A stretch of DNA of 64,000 nt from Octopus bimaculoides. Its lineage: Eukaryota. A model generated the notes under the pieces. It was not told where the DNA came from and did no database searches. It was given only the letters and a program-made list of their open reading frames with translations. Below are positions 26,626 through 39,757 of this stretch, piece after piece (position 1 is the first letter of the stretch; each line of letters starts with the position of its first letter). The position numbers and the translations under genes are program-made. The stretch is from NCBI RefSeq assembly GCF_001194135.2, contig NC_068981.1, forward strand, positions 42,946,843 through 43,010,842. The letters are read 5' to 3'.

Positions 26626-27479
26626 TGCCCAGGTAAGAGAAGTGAAGTGAGAGTGTAGATATTTATTCTATTATTTGACAAGTGTTTTGTAATATGTTAG
26701 CTATGTATGTGACACTATATCATCCATCATACATATATACATGAATATACATATGAATATATATGTCTGTGTGTATGTTTTATATAGATATACCCATAAA
26801 TATAATTGTGCTGTATCATAATGAGCAGACTACACTTCAGAGGATTTCATAGCAGATTAAAACACCAGACTATGCTATAAACAACAAATAGTTTCATTAT
26901 ATAGCCACAGACAATAAATATATTCAGCAGATTTTACTCTGTACAAATATCAGAATGATCATATATTGAGTGCATTAATAAAGCAATAACAGAAGATAAA
27001 TACGAATTCAAAAAATAATACAGTAAAATATAGTAAAGTAAATACATTAAAACTTAAAAAATAAGAGATAAAATAAGAAAGGCTAAGTTTATTATAAAGA
27101 ATTGCTTTCCAATGATTTGATTGACCATCCTGCAGCATTTAAATGAATAAATCATATTATTTCAAAATAGAGATTAAGATAAATAATGAATAAATGAACA
27201 AACAAACAGAATGAAAAGTATAGAGAAAATGAAGGAAAGTATATAGGGATTTAAATATTGAAACAGAAGGCCAGGTTGTTTTAAAGACAGTGTATTTGCT
27301 TTAGCAGAGGCACTTAGGTGCACAGCAAAGTGGCCTAGACTGTTTGAATTTCATGAATGGCTGATTCAAACTGATAGAAATGTCTTTCCAGAACCATTGA
27401 TAATGCTCAGACACATTTATACATTTACCAGTTCTCACTCAAAATATTTATATCATAGTAATAATTTCACATGCATACA

Positions 27480-27510
<31 letters not shown>

Positions 27511-28569
27511 AAGAGTACCTTTGTCTTGACACCATGTGATGGTTGTAAACAAGCACCATCTGCACACAACAATGTTGTTTGTTTCCAGTCATCCATGAAA
27601 AACATGTCTTGGTAAGGGGAAATAATATTTTGCTTGGAGATGGTTGGTGACAGGAAAAGTATCTGGCTGCAGAAAATCTACCTCAACAAAAAATGTGAAC
27701 TTTAAACATTACAGTAATGATAATAGTGTGTCTATGTTTATGTCACTCAATATGTCATGGGTATGATAAGAGGGTAATTTCCATTGAATTTCGTACTGGA
27801 TTAATGGTCACGTAGTCTCCCTCAATAGATCAGTCAGATGTATAGCCACCCCATTAATATATTTGATTGTAGAAAGGTGGCAAGTTAGCAGAATCGTTAC
27901 TATGCAGGGCAAAATGTTTAGTGGCATAATAATATCCGCAGTCATTTAAAATCCTTTCATGGATGACTGGAAATGAACAATTTCACTTATATGATGGTGA
28001 TGACCATTTACAGGCATCCCATGATGTCTAGAAAAAGATACATACACATACATGTGTGTGTATAAGCTGGACTTCTTTCAGTTTCCATCTACCAAAGTTA
28101 ATCTCAAGGCTTTGGTTGCTTGTGTAGAAGACATTTGTCAAAGGTTTTGCAGAGTGGGACTGAACCTGAGTTCACATGGCTGGAAAGCAAACTTCTTAAC
28201 AACATAGCCAAACCTGTACCTATACTGTAATGCTATTAAAATATCAATACCATTCCGACCTGATATTTAGAAATATCTATGTCTTGTCTGGTGTTGTGAA
28301 GTAACAGATAAAATGCTTTATTTAATTTAGTTTTATACTTCATATTTCTGAGTTCAAATCAGAGAAAAGTTGAGTTTACTGTTTTACAGTTGAATTTCCT
28401 CTGAAATCAGTAAAATAAATATTCTTGCTATATTGAGAATTCTTCAACTAACTAAACATTACTAGAAAAAAACATTACCTTTTCTGATATTAAAAACCTA
28501 ACAGACTTCAGGATTTGATTGTCTTGCATTTTAGAAAAGCCAAGAATCTGTAACGTGTTTGTATGTAAT

Positions 28570-28756
28570 TCATCATCATCATCATCATCATTTAACGTCC
28601 GCTTTCCATGCTAGCATGGGTTGGACGATTTGACTGAAGACTGGTGAACCAGATGGCTACACCAGGCTCCAATCTGATTTGGCAGAGTTTCAACAGCTGG
28701 ATGCCCTTCCTAATGCCAACCACTCCGAGAGTGTAGTGGGTGCTTTTACGTGCCAT
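28570..28756 (-). mobile_element. SINE family B tail
   Basis: (CAT)n TTAACGTCCGCTTTCCATGCTAGCATGGG...GATGCCCTTCCTAATGCCAACC. Confidence 0.85.
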
Positions 28757-28807
28757 GTTAATTTATTAAATCTTTTGACATAAACATGAGGCCTCAAATT
28801 TGTGAAA

Positions 28808-28972
28808 GATGTAGGAGTGGCTGTGTGGTAAGTAGCTTGCTTACCAACCACATGGTTCCAGGTTCAATCCCACTGCCTGGCATCTTGGGCGAGTGTCTTC
28901 TACTATAGCCTCGGGCTGACCAAAGCCTTGTGAGTGGATTTGGTAGATGGAAACTGAAAGAAGCCCGTCGTA

Positions 28973-29027
<55 letters not shown>

Positions 29028-29237
29028 TTGTGTGTCTGTGCTTGTCCCCCCTAGCATTGCTTGACAACCAATGCTGGTGTGTTTATGTCCCCGTCACTTA
29101 GTGGTTCGGCAAAAGAGACCGATAGAATAAGTACTAGGCTTACAAAGAATAAGCCCCTGGGTCGATTTGTTCGACTAAAGGCGGTGCTCCAGCATGGCCA
29201 CAGTCAAATGACTGAAACAAGTAAAAGAGTAAAAGAG
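28808..29237 (+). mobile_element. Complete, young SINE family A
   Basis: GGAGTGGCTGTGTGGTAAGTAGCTTGC (box A), GGTTCAATCCC (box B), internal (TA)n(TG)n, tail GTAAAAGAGTAAAAGAG; CpGs are largely retained. Confidence 0.9.
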
Positions 29238-32046
29238 TAATTGTGGCAGTGAATTGGAAGGATTATTAGAATGTTGGATATAATGCCTTTCACTATTCCT
29301 TCTGTCTCTCTGCATCCTGAGTTTAAATCCCCTCAATGTCAACATTGCTTTTCGTCGTTTTAGTTTGAAACAAATATTGGGTCCATGTGATGGAATAAAA
29401 GTTTCCTTGTAGTGCCCCAACATGGCCACAACCTAACAACTGAAGCAAGTGAAAGAATCATAAAATGCAAAATTATTTTAGCAGTACTTGTATCATAACT
29501 TGAATGAGACTAATTAAAATGAAAATTCTCTTTAGATTTTCTCTGAGGATTCAACTTAAATCAGGTCTGAAACAAAAACAAATTAAAAATTACATTATTT
29601 AAAGTGTATTTAAGTGTATTAATAATTTAATATAGCTTTAAGTTATCGTAAAAAAGAAATACAAATTATGCATGATTATAATTTAGGAAATATCACAAAA
29701 TTATAATTTTGTAAAAGTTGAGATGAGGAGAAGATGGTTACATGAGTTGTAATAATTATATAAATTACTTTACACAACTGCTTTTTCAAGGAATCTAACC
29801 TTAGAATGTTTTGTTTGTTTCTGCTATTATCTACCTTAAGGTGGGAGCAGAGTTATACTGCAATGATAACCTTAAATCACCAAACCAATTACCATTTAAC
29901 CTGTTTCATTTCTGCATCTCTTCCCTAAATAATGATATTCAATACTGGTATATTTTAAATAGGCACAAAATTAAACAAACAAGTAGAAACATCAATTGAA
30001 TTAATCCTATGTGAAATAATATATACTTTATTAATTTTGCTAAAATTTGAATTCATCAGAATCTAAAGATAATGAGTAATGAGTTATGTATCTAGCCTGA
30101 AGTCCAGCTATCTTCAGGCTTAGCACAAGGCCATTATATAATACAGCATTGTATAAGTGAGAAATAGTTTACTGAATTGACATCAGTACATGCCTGATAT
30201 TATAGTCTACAATCCCAGAAAGGAAAAAGATCAATTAAACCATTATTAAATTTGAACTCTTATTGCAAAGATTCAAATTAATCCTTGTAATAACAACCAC
30301 TACCTCTAGATTATATTGAACTCTTTTCTCTTCAGCAACAGTAAACTCACTGCCCTACATTCCAACCCTGTAATGCAGTAAATTTCTGACACTAACCAAA
30401 CAGAGTTAGCTTTTGTACAGAAAATAAAACATGTTAATACTGAATTAGTAAAAACATAAATACTTAGGTTCAACAGAGATATTTTTCCAAGTAGTAATTA
30501 ACCAAAAGCAATTCTCTAAACATTTTTTATTCTGCTGTGTTCAACAAAAGCTTTTATGGATGTAGCTTCATAGTTTTTATGGTATAATTTATATCACAGT
30601 CAATACTCATTATGTCATACAAATTATAAAACTTATCTGCAACTGCTAGTGAGTCATCCAAGCAATGAATAGACATCACATCAAAACTGATCATTTTACT
30701 AGCTTCACCTGTGAAAATGGTGCACTTAAAAATCTGGCTCCAGTCAGTTTTATGGAGATTTTGCTTTATGTTTTGTCTACTCACTGAACACAATATTGAA
30801 TTTCATTTTACTCTCCTCCCCTGCACACTCTTCTAACTTAATTCTTATACTTGATGTTATGGGCTTTGTTACTTGCTAATACTGTATATATTGATCATGT
30901 TCACTTTTGTATTTGTTGATACAATCACATTCTTCTAAATATCAACTTTCTTTTTGTAATTCTTAGACTGCTTCTACTCTTAGAAGCAAAGTTAAAAGAA
31001 AATAGAAATCTACATCGGTATATAGTTCTGGACTCCTTTCAAGATCTACAATGGAAAATTGAGAGACAAGAAAAAGAAAAGAACATTGTGGTGAGGAGTC
31101 TAGATGGTAAATTTTCCACTGAGATTATTATTGAATCTGATATAGATAAGTATTCTCAAATCTTTTGGGGGTACAAAGCAACTTCACTTGTGTTGGTTGC
31201 ACTGTAATACCAACCAGGACAGTGTAAAGTGGTTGATGAGATGAGAGAAATGGATAGTTGAAGGGATGCTTTAGTCTTGTGAAGGACATGGCAATCCCCT
31301 CTAATGCAGATACCATAATAAAATGTATTTGGCACACTTTGTTAAGTGTTGTATCAACAACAGTCCCTTTAGCTGTGTTGAGGACAAGACAACCTCTCTA
31401 GTGTTGATACCATGGTAAAATATGATCAGTACATTTGGAAATGTGATCAGAGTGAAGAAAACATCCAGTCATAGTAATAAAGCCACACCACCAAGACAGG
31501 AAAAAATATAAAAAAAAACAAAACAAAAAACTAAAGAAACTTATACTCTAGATGCAGTTTGCCAACCTATCTAGAACAACAATAATGACTACTTCAGTCC
31601 ATATCCACACTGAAAGCAGACATAAAATGATAATGAAGATGATGAAGATGATGGCAATAATGACAATGACAACAGCAACTACAACAACAATGGTGGTTAG
31701 TGGTGGTCGTTGTGGAAGTGATATGTCATAAATAGTTCTTACTGTCATTCATTTGCAACTAGTATCCTAATTGCGCACAAAATTGTAGAGCATCTGGTAC
31801 TTTAAAAGAACTCTTAATTTATAAGGCAAAATAAGTTAGTTTATTCTTAGTAAACCACTTCTCTCATATAGTTGTCTCTCATCAGATATATACTCACTGC
31901 ATTTCTACAGAAATATACTTATACATACTATCCACCATCACTCTACTTTGCATGTTAGATTGATTTTAATTACATATCTAGATTTCAAAGAGGTTCTAAT
32001 AAAAGTTTAAATTCTGAATTCAAATTCAATCTAATAAAATGTCAGT

Positions 32047-32207
32047 GCTGTCGTCGTCAACGTCGTCATCATCATCATCATCGTTTAATGTCCGTTTTCC
32101 ATGCTGGCATGGGTTCGATGGTTTGACTGAGGTCTGGAGAACCAGTGGTTGCACCAGGCTCCAATCTGATCTGGCAAGATTTCTATAGCTGGATGCCCTT
32201 CCTAATC
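32047..32207 (-). mobile_element. SINE family B tail abutting the truncated Chapaev-like transposase
   Basis: - strand GGATTAGGAAGGGCATCCAGCTATAGAAATCTTGCC...(GAT/GAC)n directly follows the codons for FPSLSVKKKK. Confidence 0.85.
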
Positions 32208-33756
32208 CCTTCTTCTTTTTGACACTGAGACTTGGAAAGGTTGTAAACATATATCTGAAACAGTCTTCACTGTGATCAAGAGCTTTGAGGAATTGCTTCC
32301 TGGCACCAAGTTTCATGTGCAGTGGGGGGAAGACAATGATTTTTCTATCAATCAGAGGGTCATTAATGATGTTCTTTTTACCAGACATCAAACTGCTTCT
32401 TGGGGGTGGGGGTGGGGGGCATTCTTTTTTCATCCAGTGACCCTTTGTAACTATACTGTCCCAATAGCACAGGAAACAAGAGTACTTAGTATTACCTGCT
32501 TGCTGGCCATGTAGAAGGTTTATCATTTTCAAAATTGACATAAATTACCCATCCATGAAAATGATGTTGCAACATCTCCAGAACAATCTTGATGTTGGCA
32601 TACTCCTAGAGTGTCCTATTGGGATTGAGCCATACAAATTATTGTTGCGAAGTATAGTAAAACACGTTTCAAGTTACCGTTAGAGTTGTCAATAAAACGT
32701 CTCCACTCATGTAACTCATATGCTGGCAGTCCCATATTGAGAAGAAGCCCTTCAACATCATTATAATAAACAAGCTGACCAGCTGAATGGAAGTATTTCC
32801 ACAGTTCTGCAACAATAAAAGGAGACACAAGTGTCAGGTTTCAACAGTCTTTTCTCTTGCAACCTGGAAGCCAACAATTAAACAGACTGCTTTGGCAAAT
32901 ACAAATCCCAGATCAGATCATTCAATTCAGGTTGACTAAACAAAGAAAAATTATCACAGTCTGTATCAGATGGCATAAACTGTTCATTTTCATCAGTAGT
33001 AGATGAACTGAGGGTTTCATCACCAATCTGTGGTATTTCATTAAATACAGGCACTGATATTTCCTCAGAGTGTGCAACTGATCAATGGGCAGATAAGATA
33101 TCTGAGTATTGCAAGTATCATTTGACATTTATATTGAACCCTTCCATATTAACAAGGCAGTAGTAGCAGTTATCCAAATGGTTTGTTGGTTCTCTTCAAA
33201 CCATTGGCACACTGAACTTGAGCTTCACATTCTTTTCTTGAGACCATGATTGCAAAGTTTCGATACAGGCTTTGCAAACTTTGTGGGGAGCCCAAGTTTG
33301 TCCTGGTCTTCAAGTGCTACTTTAAAATAAGCAAGATATACCTTTGTGACATAGTTATTAATGTTGCACCTTTGAGCCTGTGGAGTGAAATGTCCACAGA
33401 TGTAACAGAAGATTTCGGGGTCATTACAACACTTCCTTCTTTTTGATATTGTATCCATAACGAAATCACAGTGGTTCAGTTCACACTCGAAAAGAAGAGA
33501 AAAGGTTTTAAAGCAAACCTCAGTTTGAACATGTTATTCAAAATCAGCATGACAATCCAGCCAAAATTCCTGCAAATTGTGGTGTAAAGTTAACTTTTAG
33601 TATGATCCAGATAAATAAATGTATATACCAATGGTACAAAATATGATATTATTGAGAAAATCTAAGATCAGTTTTGGAATCAGCACCCAAAAATTAGTCT
33701 AAAACAGCTCTAAGATTTTATGCCAGAGAATACAATATTCGTTTTCTTGACCAGTA
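32208..33756 (-). mobile_element. Chapaev3-like (CMC) DNA transposon remnant: 5' end and N-terminal two-thirds of the transposase, frameshifted
   Basis: MDTISKRRKCCNDPEIFCYICGHF...YLAYFKVALEDQDK; LVYYNDVEGLL..MGLPAYELHEWRRFIDNS..NLKRVLL; INLLHGQQAGNTKYSCFLCYWDS; PLIDRKIIVFPPLHMKLGARKQFLKALD. Terminus TACTGGTCAAGAAAACG with subterminal GGGTGCTGATTCCAAAA. The family name comes from recalled motifs. Confidence 0.75.
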
Positions 33757-35764
33757 TTATTGCTCATTCCTTATTTCAAAACATTTATCATTTTGCCTGT
33801 TTTGCATACTGACTGTAACTTTATTGAATTTAATAACCAGACCAGTTATCAACAATCTCTTCGATAATTAGTAAAACATGCTTGGTGTGCCTTCATTTTG
33901 AATTGGTACTTTCTGGTAAAATTAAGTAATAAATTCTTTTCATATTTAAACAAATCTAGAACCAAATTTTGAATTGATATTCATTTTCTGTTATCTGAGT
34001 TTTGTTTCTTAATATTGGGCATAAAATATTCTTGCAGAAGGGGAAAAGTCTCATAAAACATCTTAAATATAAAAAAAAGATTGTAGTGTTCTGGTCGTAA
34101 ACTTCTAAGTAATATGGAGCAAATAAATGATGTGCTTAGCAAAAGCTTTTATGGATGTAGTTTCTAGGGGGAAAAAAGAAATAAAAATCTACTCTAATTG
34201 AATCGTCCAGTTAAGTGAATAGCTAGGCAATAAGGAGGAAGTGAATTATATATTGGAAAGTAGTTTTTGTTTGCATTTAGAATTTAGGGGTATAGATATT
34301 ATAAGACAGTGCAAGAGCAAGGAGAACGTAGACAAAGATTCAACCATTAATAAAGGCAATTTCTGGACTTACTGAATGTCAATAGAAGTAAAGAATGAAT
34401 TACATTCAATCTATAATTTTGAATGGAAAGAATGAACGACTGTATAAGATTGTGTAGTCTTGAATAGAAACAGAACTCTTTTGAGATGGAGAAAAAAGTC
34501 TATAAGGAATAATTCTTTATGACCAAGCGTGTCAATTTGTGATTTAGATTTTTACCTTCTGTGCCATTTTGTATAAATGGTAAAATATATATCAGACATC
34601 TAAAATTCATATATTTTCAGCCAGCAAACATACAAGTTAATATTGTTTTTTCTCATTGTGAGTTCAATAGTAGAATATAAGAAGCTGCAAGCACTTTAAA
34701 TTTATACAGTATAATACTATGTTGATCTATCCATTATCTCTTCTTTACCTATAGAAACATGATTATTATTATTTTGATAACGGTATTGGGTTGGCAGAAA
34801 TTGAAGAATACTGGATTAAATGTCTAACAGTATTAAGTTTTCTTCCTCTACATTCTGAGTCCAAATTCCATTAGGATCATCTTCACCTTTAACTCCACAG
34901 ACGATGATTAAATAAGTTATAATTGTATACTATGGTTGGAAATTCAATCAACTGTATTCTGATCAGTACCTTGGGGGCCATGCACTAATGCTAGAAAAAG
35001 ATTTGAGTAGAAGTCTATGGAGGATAGAATCAATAAAGTACCAAACAAATCTTCTCATGTTATTTAATCATGGCTCTTTACCTTCTAACATCTGATCCCA
35101 CCAGGCTGATTCTACTTTCCATCCTTCCTGAGTCAATAAAATAAATACCAGTCAAGAACTGGGTCAATTTAATCAAACCTTCATTTTTCTCAGTTTGTGT
35201 CTGTGCAAATATTAGAAATCAATACTATTATTTAATACAGTGGAATGGGAGAAATGGTACAGTGCCAGACTAAATACCTTGCAGATGTTATGCTAAAGAG
35301 CTAATTATAAGGAAAAATTAAGAACGTATTTGGATTTGTAATTAGACTATAATAGGCTTTTGAAACACTACTAATGAGATGGTTGAGAGAATAGTATTTA
35401 ACCATTTCTTCACAATCAAGAAGAAAGAATTAAGGAAAAAAGCTTGTTTTAAGTCATAGAAAAAAAAATGCCATTTGTTGGAGTCTCATAGCAGATGTGT
35501 AATATAAAATTAAAGTAACAATATGGTTTCGATAATATCAGAATATGTTCATTGTGTCTGACTGACAGGTTTTGTATGAAGATTTTCATTGGCATTTTAT
35601 TGAACTGCTAAAGGAAGGGAAGATCACATGTGGTAGATTTCAAAACTGTTTAAGATAGTTCCTGTGATTCAATACAGAAGGAATAAAGTGGTGTATAAGG
35701 CGCTTTAACTCCGAATACTGATGGCCTTAAGAATGAAGTTACCAGAGTAGACAGTTTGTCTTAC

Positions 35765-35807
35765 AAACCAAATTCAAAAGTTTTTGCTACTTTTTCTTTG
35801 AGGTGAA
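35765..35807 (-). CDS. Candidate 43-nt antisense exon (xHLKEKVAKTFEFG), phase 1 to 2
   Basis: - strand gtctacatttattttcag|TTCACCTCAAAGAAAAAGTAGCAAAAACTTTTGAATTTGGTTT|gtaaga. Strong sites, but on the opposite strand from the + chain. Confidence 0.3.
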
Positions 35808-36171
35808 CTGAAAATAAATGTAGACATGGAACATTTTTCAATTCTAAGGGCTGGAGAGTGTTGCAAGAGAGAAATGGTGCAAGTAAGGAAATATAATGGA
35901 TACTTTTAAGGCCATTTACACTACAAAAAGTTAAAGTAAATATTTTAGTCAAAATTCTGGCAGAGTAAAGAATTGTATAAAATTCTATGATTTTGAGATC
36001 TATCAAGAAAACTCACCATTTTATCAGTCAGTACAAAGTAGAGTGGGCTGATATAGCTCTACTTTCAGTGGACATTGACCATCTTGGCTCAAATATAAAA
36101 GTGTATGGCAAAATCAAACATCGATACTAGATGGCAGTTCTGTATGGTTTTGTTTGTAGTTTCATTTTCAG

Positions 36172-36234
36172 GTGCAATCATCAGAGTAAAGAGTTAGATT
36201 TTTGGACACAGTTTTTTATTGGTTGTGTCAAGAG
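36172..36234 (+). CDS. Candidate 63-nt symmetric exon (CNHQSKELDFWTQFFIGCVK), phase 2 to 2
   Basis: ttttgtttgtagtttcattttcag|G...GAG|gtaagt. Near-consensus sites, length divisible by 3, one open frame, not in a recognised repeat. Confidence 0.55.
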
Positions 36235-36399
36235 GTAAGTGGTGTGTCTATGACATTCATATACATCTGAGATAAGTAAGATCAATATCATTAAGATTCC
36301 TCTTGAACAGTTGGAAATTAACAACTATAAGGGAAATTTATGCTGAGAAGGATTTCCAGATGGCTAACATTTTGAGGGAGAAAAACTGGATTTGGGTAA

Positions 36400-37430
36400 T
36401 AAAAAGAGGAGAAATAAGTGAGTGCTTGTCTAGGTTACATGGGGCTGATATTTGGGAGTGGAAGTTTAGTGAGGAATAAAAGCATGTATCATCTGTGTAA
36501 ATGGAGGGAACTGTAAGAATGTCATTGATGTGTAGAAGTAAGAATGTAGAAAGGAAAATTGAAACTTAGGGCCTGACAGAGTTGATAGGGCATCAATCAG
36601 AGAAATCTCTCTCACTGCATCAACAAATACTGAAATTGTGTGATCTGGTAAGAAGTTACTAATTTGAGAGGCAAAATGTAATTTGTTGAAAATTTTTATC
36701 AATGGTTACCTTCATAACCTTAAAATTGTTGAACATGACTTCAGGGACAGCAGTTGGCAGAGTCATTAGTTTACCTTTCTTGGGAATGGGATGCACTGTA
36801 GCAAGTTTCCAAAGACTGTGACAGATTCCAGTAGAGTGGGGGAGAGATTGTAAAGAATTTAAGAAAGATAGACACTAGATCTGAGGCTTGTTTGAAGAAA
36901 CATTGTCATGTCCAGCATTCTTGTTAACCTGAAGAGGCCAAAGTGCAGTCATAAGTGCATGATGTTGAGGTTAGTGGAGAGGAAATTAATTGTTTTAGAA
37001 GAGATTTACCCAGTGGATGCATAATGTAGAGGTCTTTTGTATATGAGTACTGGACACAATATAATCAGGGTTGAGAAGTAAAGGAAAAGAGGATCATGTA
37101 AAGGTGACACCTTGTCAAATGCAGTTTGAGAGGTAATGGAATGGGGAATAGAATGATGCATGGAAACATCCTTTATGGTTCAGGTAATGGTCTTAATGGA
37201 GTTGTAGTGCTGGGTAAGGAATACCCAGTTTGTAGAGGTGGGAATATTTTCCAAGCGCTGTAATATAATATTTTTTGTCTGAACTGCTGCAGCCCAACTA
37301 TGAGAGAACCACTTTGTATTCTTGGTTGTATGTGGGATGTAGAAGATTTAAAACCCACTAAAATTAGAGTGATTGATGCAGTTGAAGATAATATCAACAA
37401 TTTACTAGTGTGCTACTTTTGGGCCAAAAT
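36400..37430 (-). pseudogene. Decayed APE-RT LINE (CR1/L2/Jockey group), internally deleted
   Basis: - strand IDQLPQSL..LVGF (endonuclease), WKLATVHPIPKKG (pre-RT) and TFLLLHINDILTVPSIYTDDTC (YADD motif). Confidence 0.7.
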
Positions 37431-37660
37431 ACTTGGGGAGATCTGACCAGATTCAAGCACAAATTCTTTCACTTTTGTCATGAACGGTTCAAGTACCTAT
37501 GGGGGAAAAAATCCGTTATCTTCTTTTCTTGCACAATAATCTTGAGATGCCTTGACTACTTATATGTTGACAGGCAATAAGGTTATATCATTGGCAGAGA
37601 TTCAGAATCATCATATGTGAGACATACATTCCAATGCCACTTAACTATAAGCAAATTGTC

Positions 37661-37885
37661 TTAACCGTTTTGCATTTGAGCTGGTCATTTTAGGCCAAAA
37701 TATTCTATCTGTTTTATGTTCAGACTGGCTATTTCTGACCTTTCACACCTACCTTACAATGTCATTCTAAAGATAAACAATCATATTTAAATCTCAAAGC
37801 TACAATATAATGCATTATTTATTCAAGACAATGTGAATAAATAAGTATTACATATGACAAAATAAATTGAATGCTAAAGGGTTAA
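37661..37885. mobile_element. piggyBac-type MITE with TTAA target duplication
   Basis: TTAA|CCGTTTTGCATT...AATGCTAAAGGG|TTAA; second copy at 12848-13073. Confidence 0.75.
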
Positions 37886-38664
37886 GAGATTAGTTCCTGG
37901 AAACTGAAGTGCTGACACAGGTTTGCAGCCCTCAACCATAAAGGTCTCTCTTTGCATTTGATTTCCAACAGCAAGATCACTTTACATTTAATTGTGCCCT
38001 GGAAGAATTACTTTGCAGAAAGAGATGAAATGTTATAAGTATCAAGAAAGGATGCAGTGCTTCAGGGAGAAATTCATTGATTTATCATTTCTGTTGGTGT
38101 CACTAATTTTCATAGTCAGCTAAGAAAAGATTAAGGTGCACAGATAACAGAAAACAATACTGAAATGGTCAACTTTACTTTTTGTTCTTTAAGTATCAAT
38201 AAAATAAAGATCAATATATATATTGAATCAATCTAACTCTATAGATCACAAAGGCCATAGAGTAGATGCATTGCAAGAGATGCATTTCCTACTTCCATCT
38301 TTTGTTACAAGAACAATTTTCGTGTTTTCCACTATTTTTCTAATTACCAGATCATTAGTATTAGGTGTGATTTGGAAGACTTTAGCTGTCATTTCCAGCA
38401 AGTTGACGAACCAAATAGAGCTTTTATTATAATAATTATTAACCTGAATGGCAAGAACTAAGGTGTCATGATGTCATGTCACATGACTAAACCATTTAAA
38501 GTTTTCAATTTTATTCATACATGCTAAGACTGGTTCAGTCAAGTATTAACTTTCTTCAACAAATGACATCTATATGTATGTATTCTTACTCATACACACA
38601 CACACACACATATATACACACAAATACATACATACATACACACACTTACATACATATATAGGTA

Positions 38665-38701
<37 letters not shown>

Positions 38702-38828
38702 GGTATGAGAGGTATTGGTTTCAAGAAGACCCAAAAGATGTCAGGTAACGATAATACAGACATAGACTTGCCCAAATGCATCGATAAATTAACATTGATA
38801 TTTATTTTCACCATTGTTACAATTATCT

Positions 38829-39757
38829 GAGATGGAACTGTCAAAACGTGATATTCAAGTAATTTTTCTATTAAAATTAAAAAAAAAAGTGTAAAGTAGC
38901 TGAAACTGCTCATGATATCAATGAAACATGTGATGAGGAAATGACCAGTGAATGATCAGCTTGAAAATTCTTTAAGTAATTTTGCAGTGGAGACCTGAGC
39001 CTTGAAGATTGTGAGCAAAGTGGACGTCATTGATGATGGTCAATTAAAGACTGTCATTGAAAAAGATCCATGTAAAACTACTTGAGAACTGGCAAAAGAA
39101 CTTCAAGTTAGTCAGAAAACTGCCCGCAACCATTTGCATGTGATTGGAAAATCAAAAAAGCTCGACAAATGGGTACCACATGATTTCAATGAAAATCAGA
39201 AAATGCGCAGATACGAAATTTGCTTGTTGCTTCTTCACTGTAACCAGACCGTTCTTGACCATATTGTAATTTGTGATGAAAAGTGGATTCTGTACAATAA
39301 TAAAAAACGTTCTTTGCAGTGGTTGGACCAAAATGAATTACTGAAAACCTTTCCTAAACCCGAGAAGGTTATGGTAACTGTTTAGTGGTGTACTACTGGA
39401 CTGATCTACTATAACTTATTAAAACCTGGTTAACCATTACTTCAGAAACATATTGCCATGAAATAGCCAAAATGAATGGAAAACTGCTACTCCTCCATCC
39501 CAGACTGGTCAACAGAAGAGGGCAAATCATTCAGTCTTCAGTCTTCAACCACACGTTTCACTTATGAAGCTCCAGAAGTTGAGGGAACTTGGCTATGATG
39601 TTCTTCCCCATCTTAGACCTCTCTCTTACTGACTACCACCTTTTCAAGCACCTTGATGGTTTCCTGCGAGAGAAGGAATCAAAAAATCAAACTGATACTG
39701 AAAGTGCATTCAAAGAGTTCATCAGTTCCAGAACTCCAGGTTTTTATGTTACCGGAA
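38829..39757 (+). mobile_element. mariner transposase pseudogene (cecropia/Hsmar1-like)
   Basis: MELSKRDIQVIF..., KKLDKWVPHDF, VICDEKWILYNN, DLSLTDYHLFKHLDGFL, EFISSRTPGFYVTG. Has stops and frameshifts, and the second catalytic Asp region is damaged. Begins about 130 bp after a (TA)n tract. Confidence 0.9.

Noticed and set aside
28813-28885. tRNA-like sequence with A and B boxes
   Set aside because: It is the head of a SINE; it has no complete cloverleaf and continues into the SINE body.
30554-30793. - strand ORF with DWSQIF...DKFYNLYDI, reminiscent of a CR1 tether region
   Set aside because: Too short and degenerate to call without a search.
30967-31215. ~80-codon stop-free + frame (LEAKLKENRNLHRYIVLDSFQDLQWKIERQEKEKNIV...) after two good acceptors
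   Set aside because: Several competing donors and no recognised homology. I could not decide between exon, decayed TE and chance, so it is worth including in an RNA-seq check but is not called.
32026-32541. 171-aa ORF, the apparent fusion of transposase and acidic tail
   Set aside because: Read-through from the broken transposase into a SINE tail and (GAT)n repeat.
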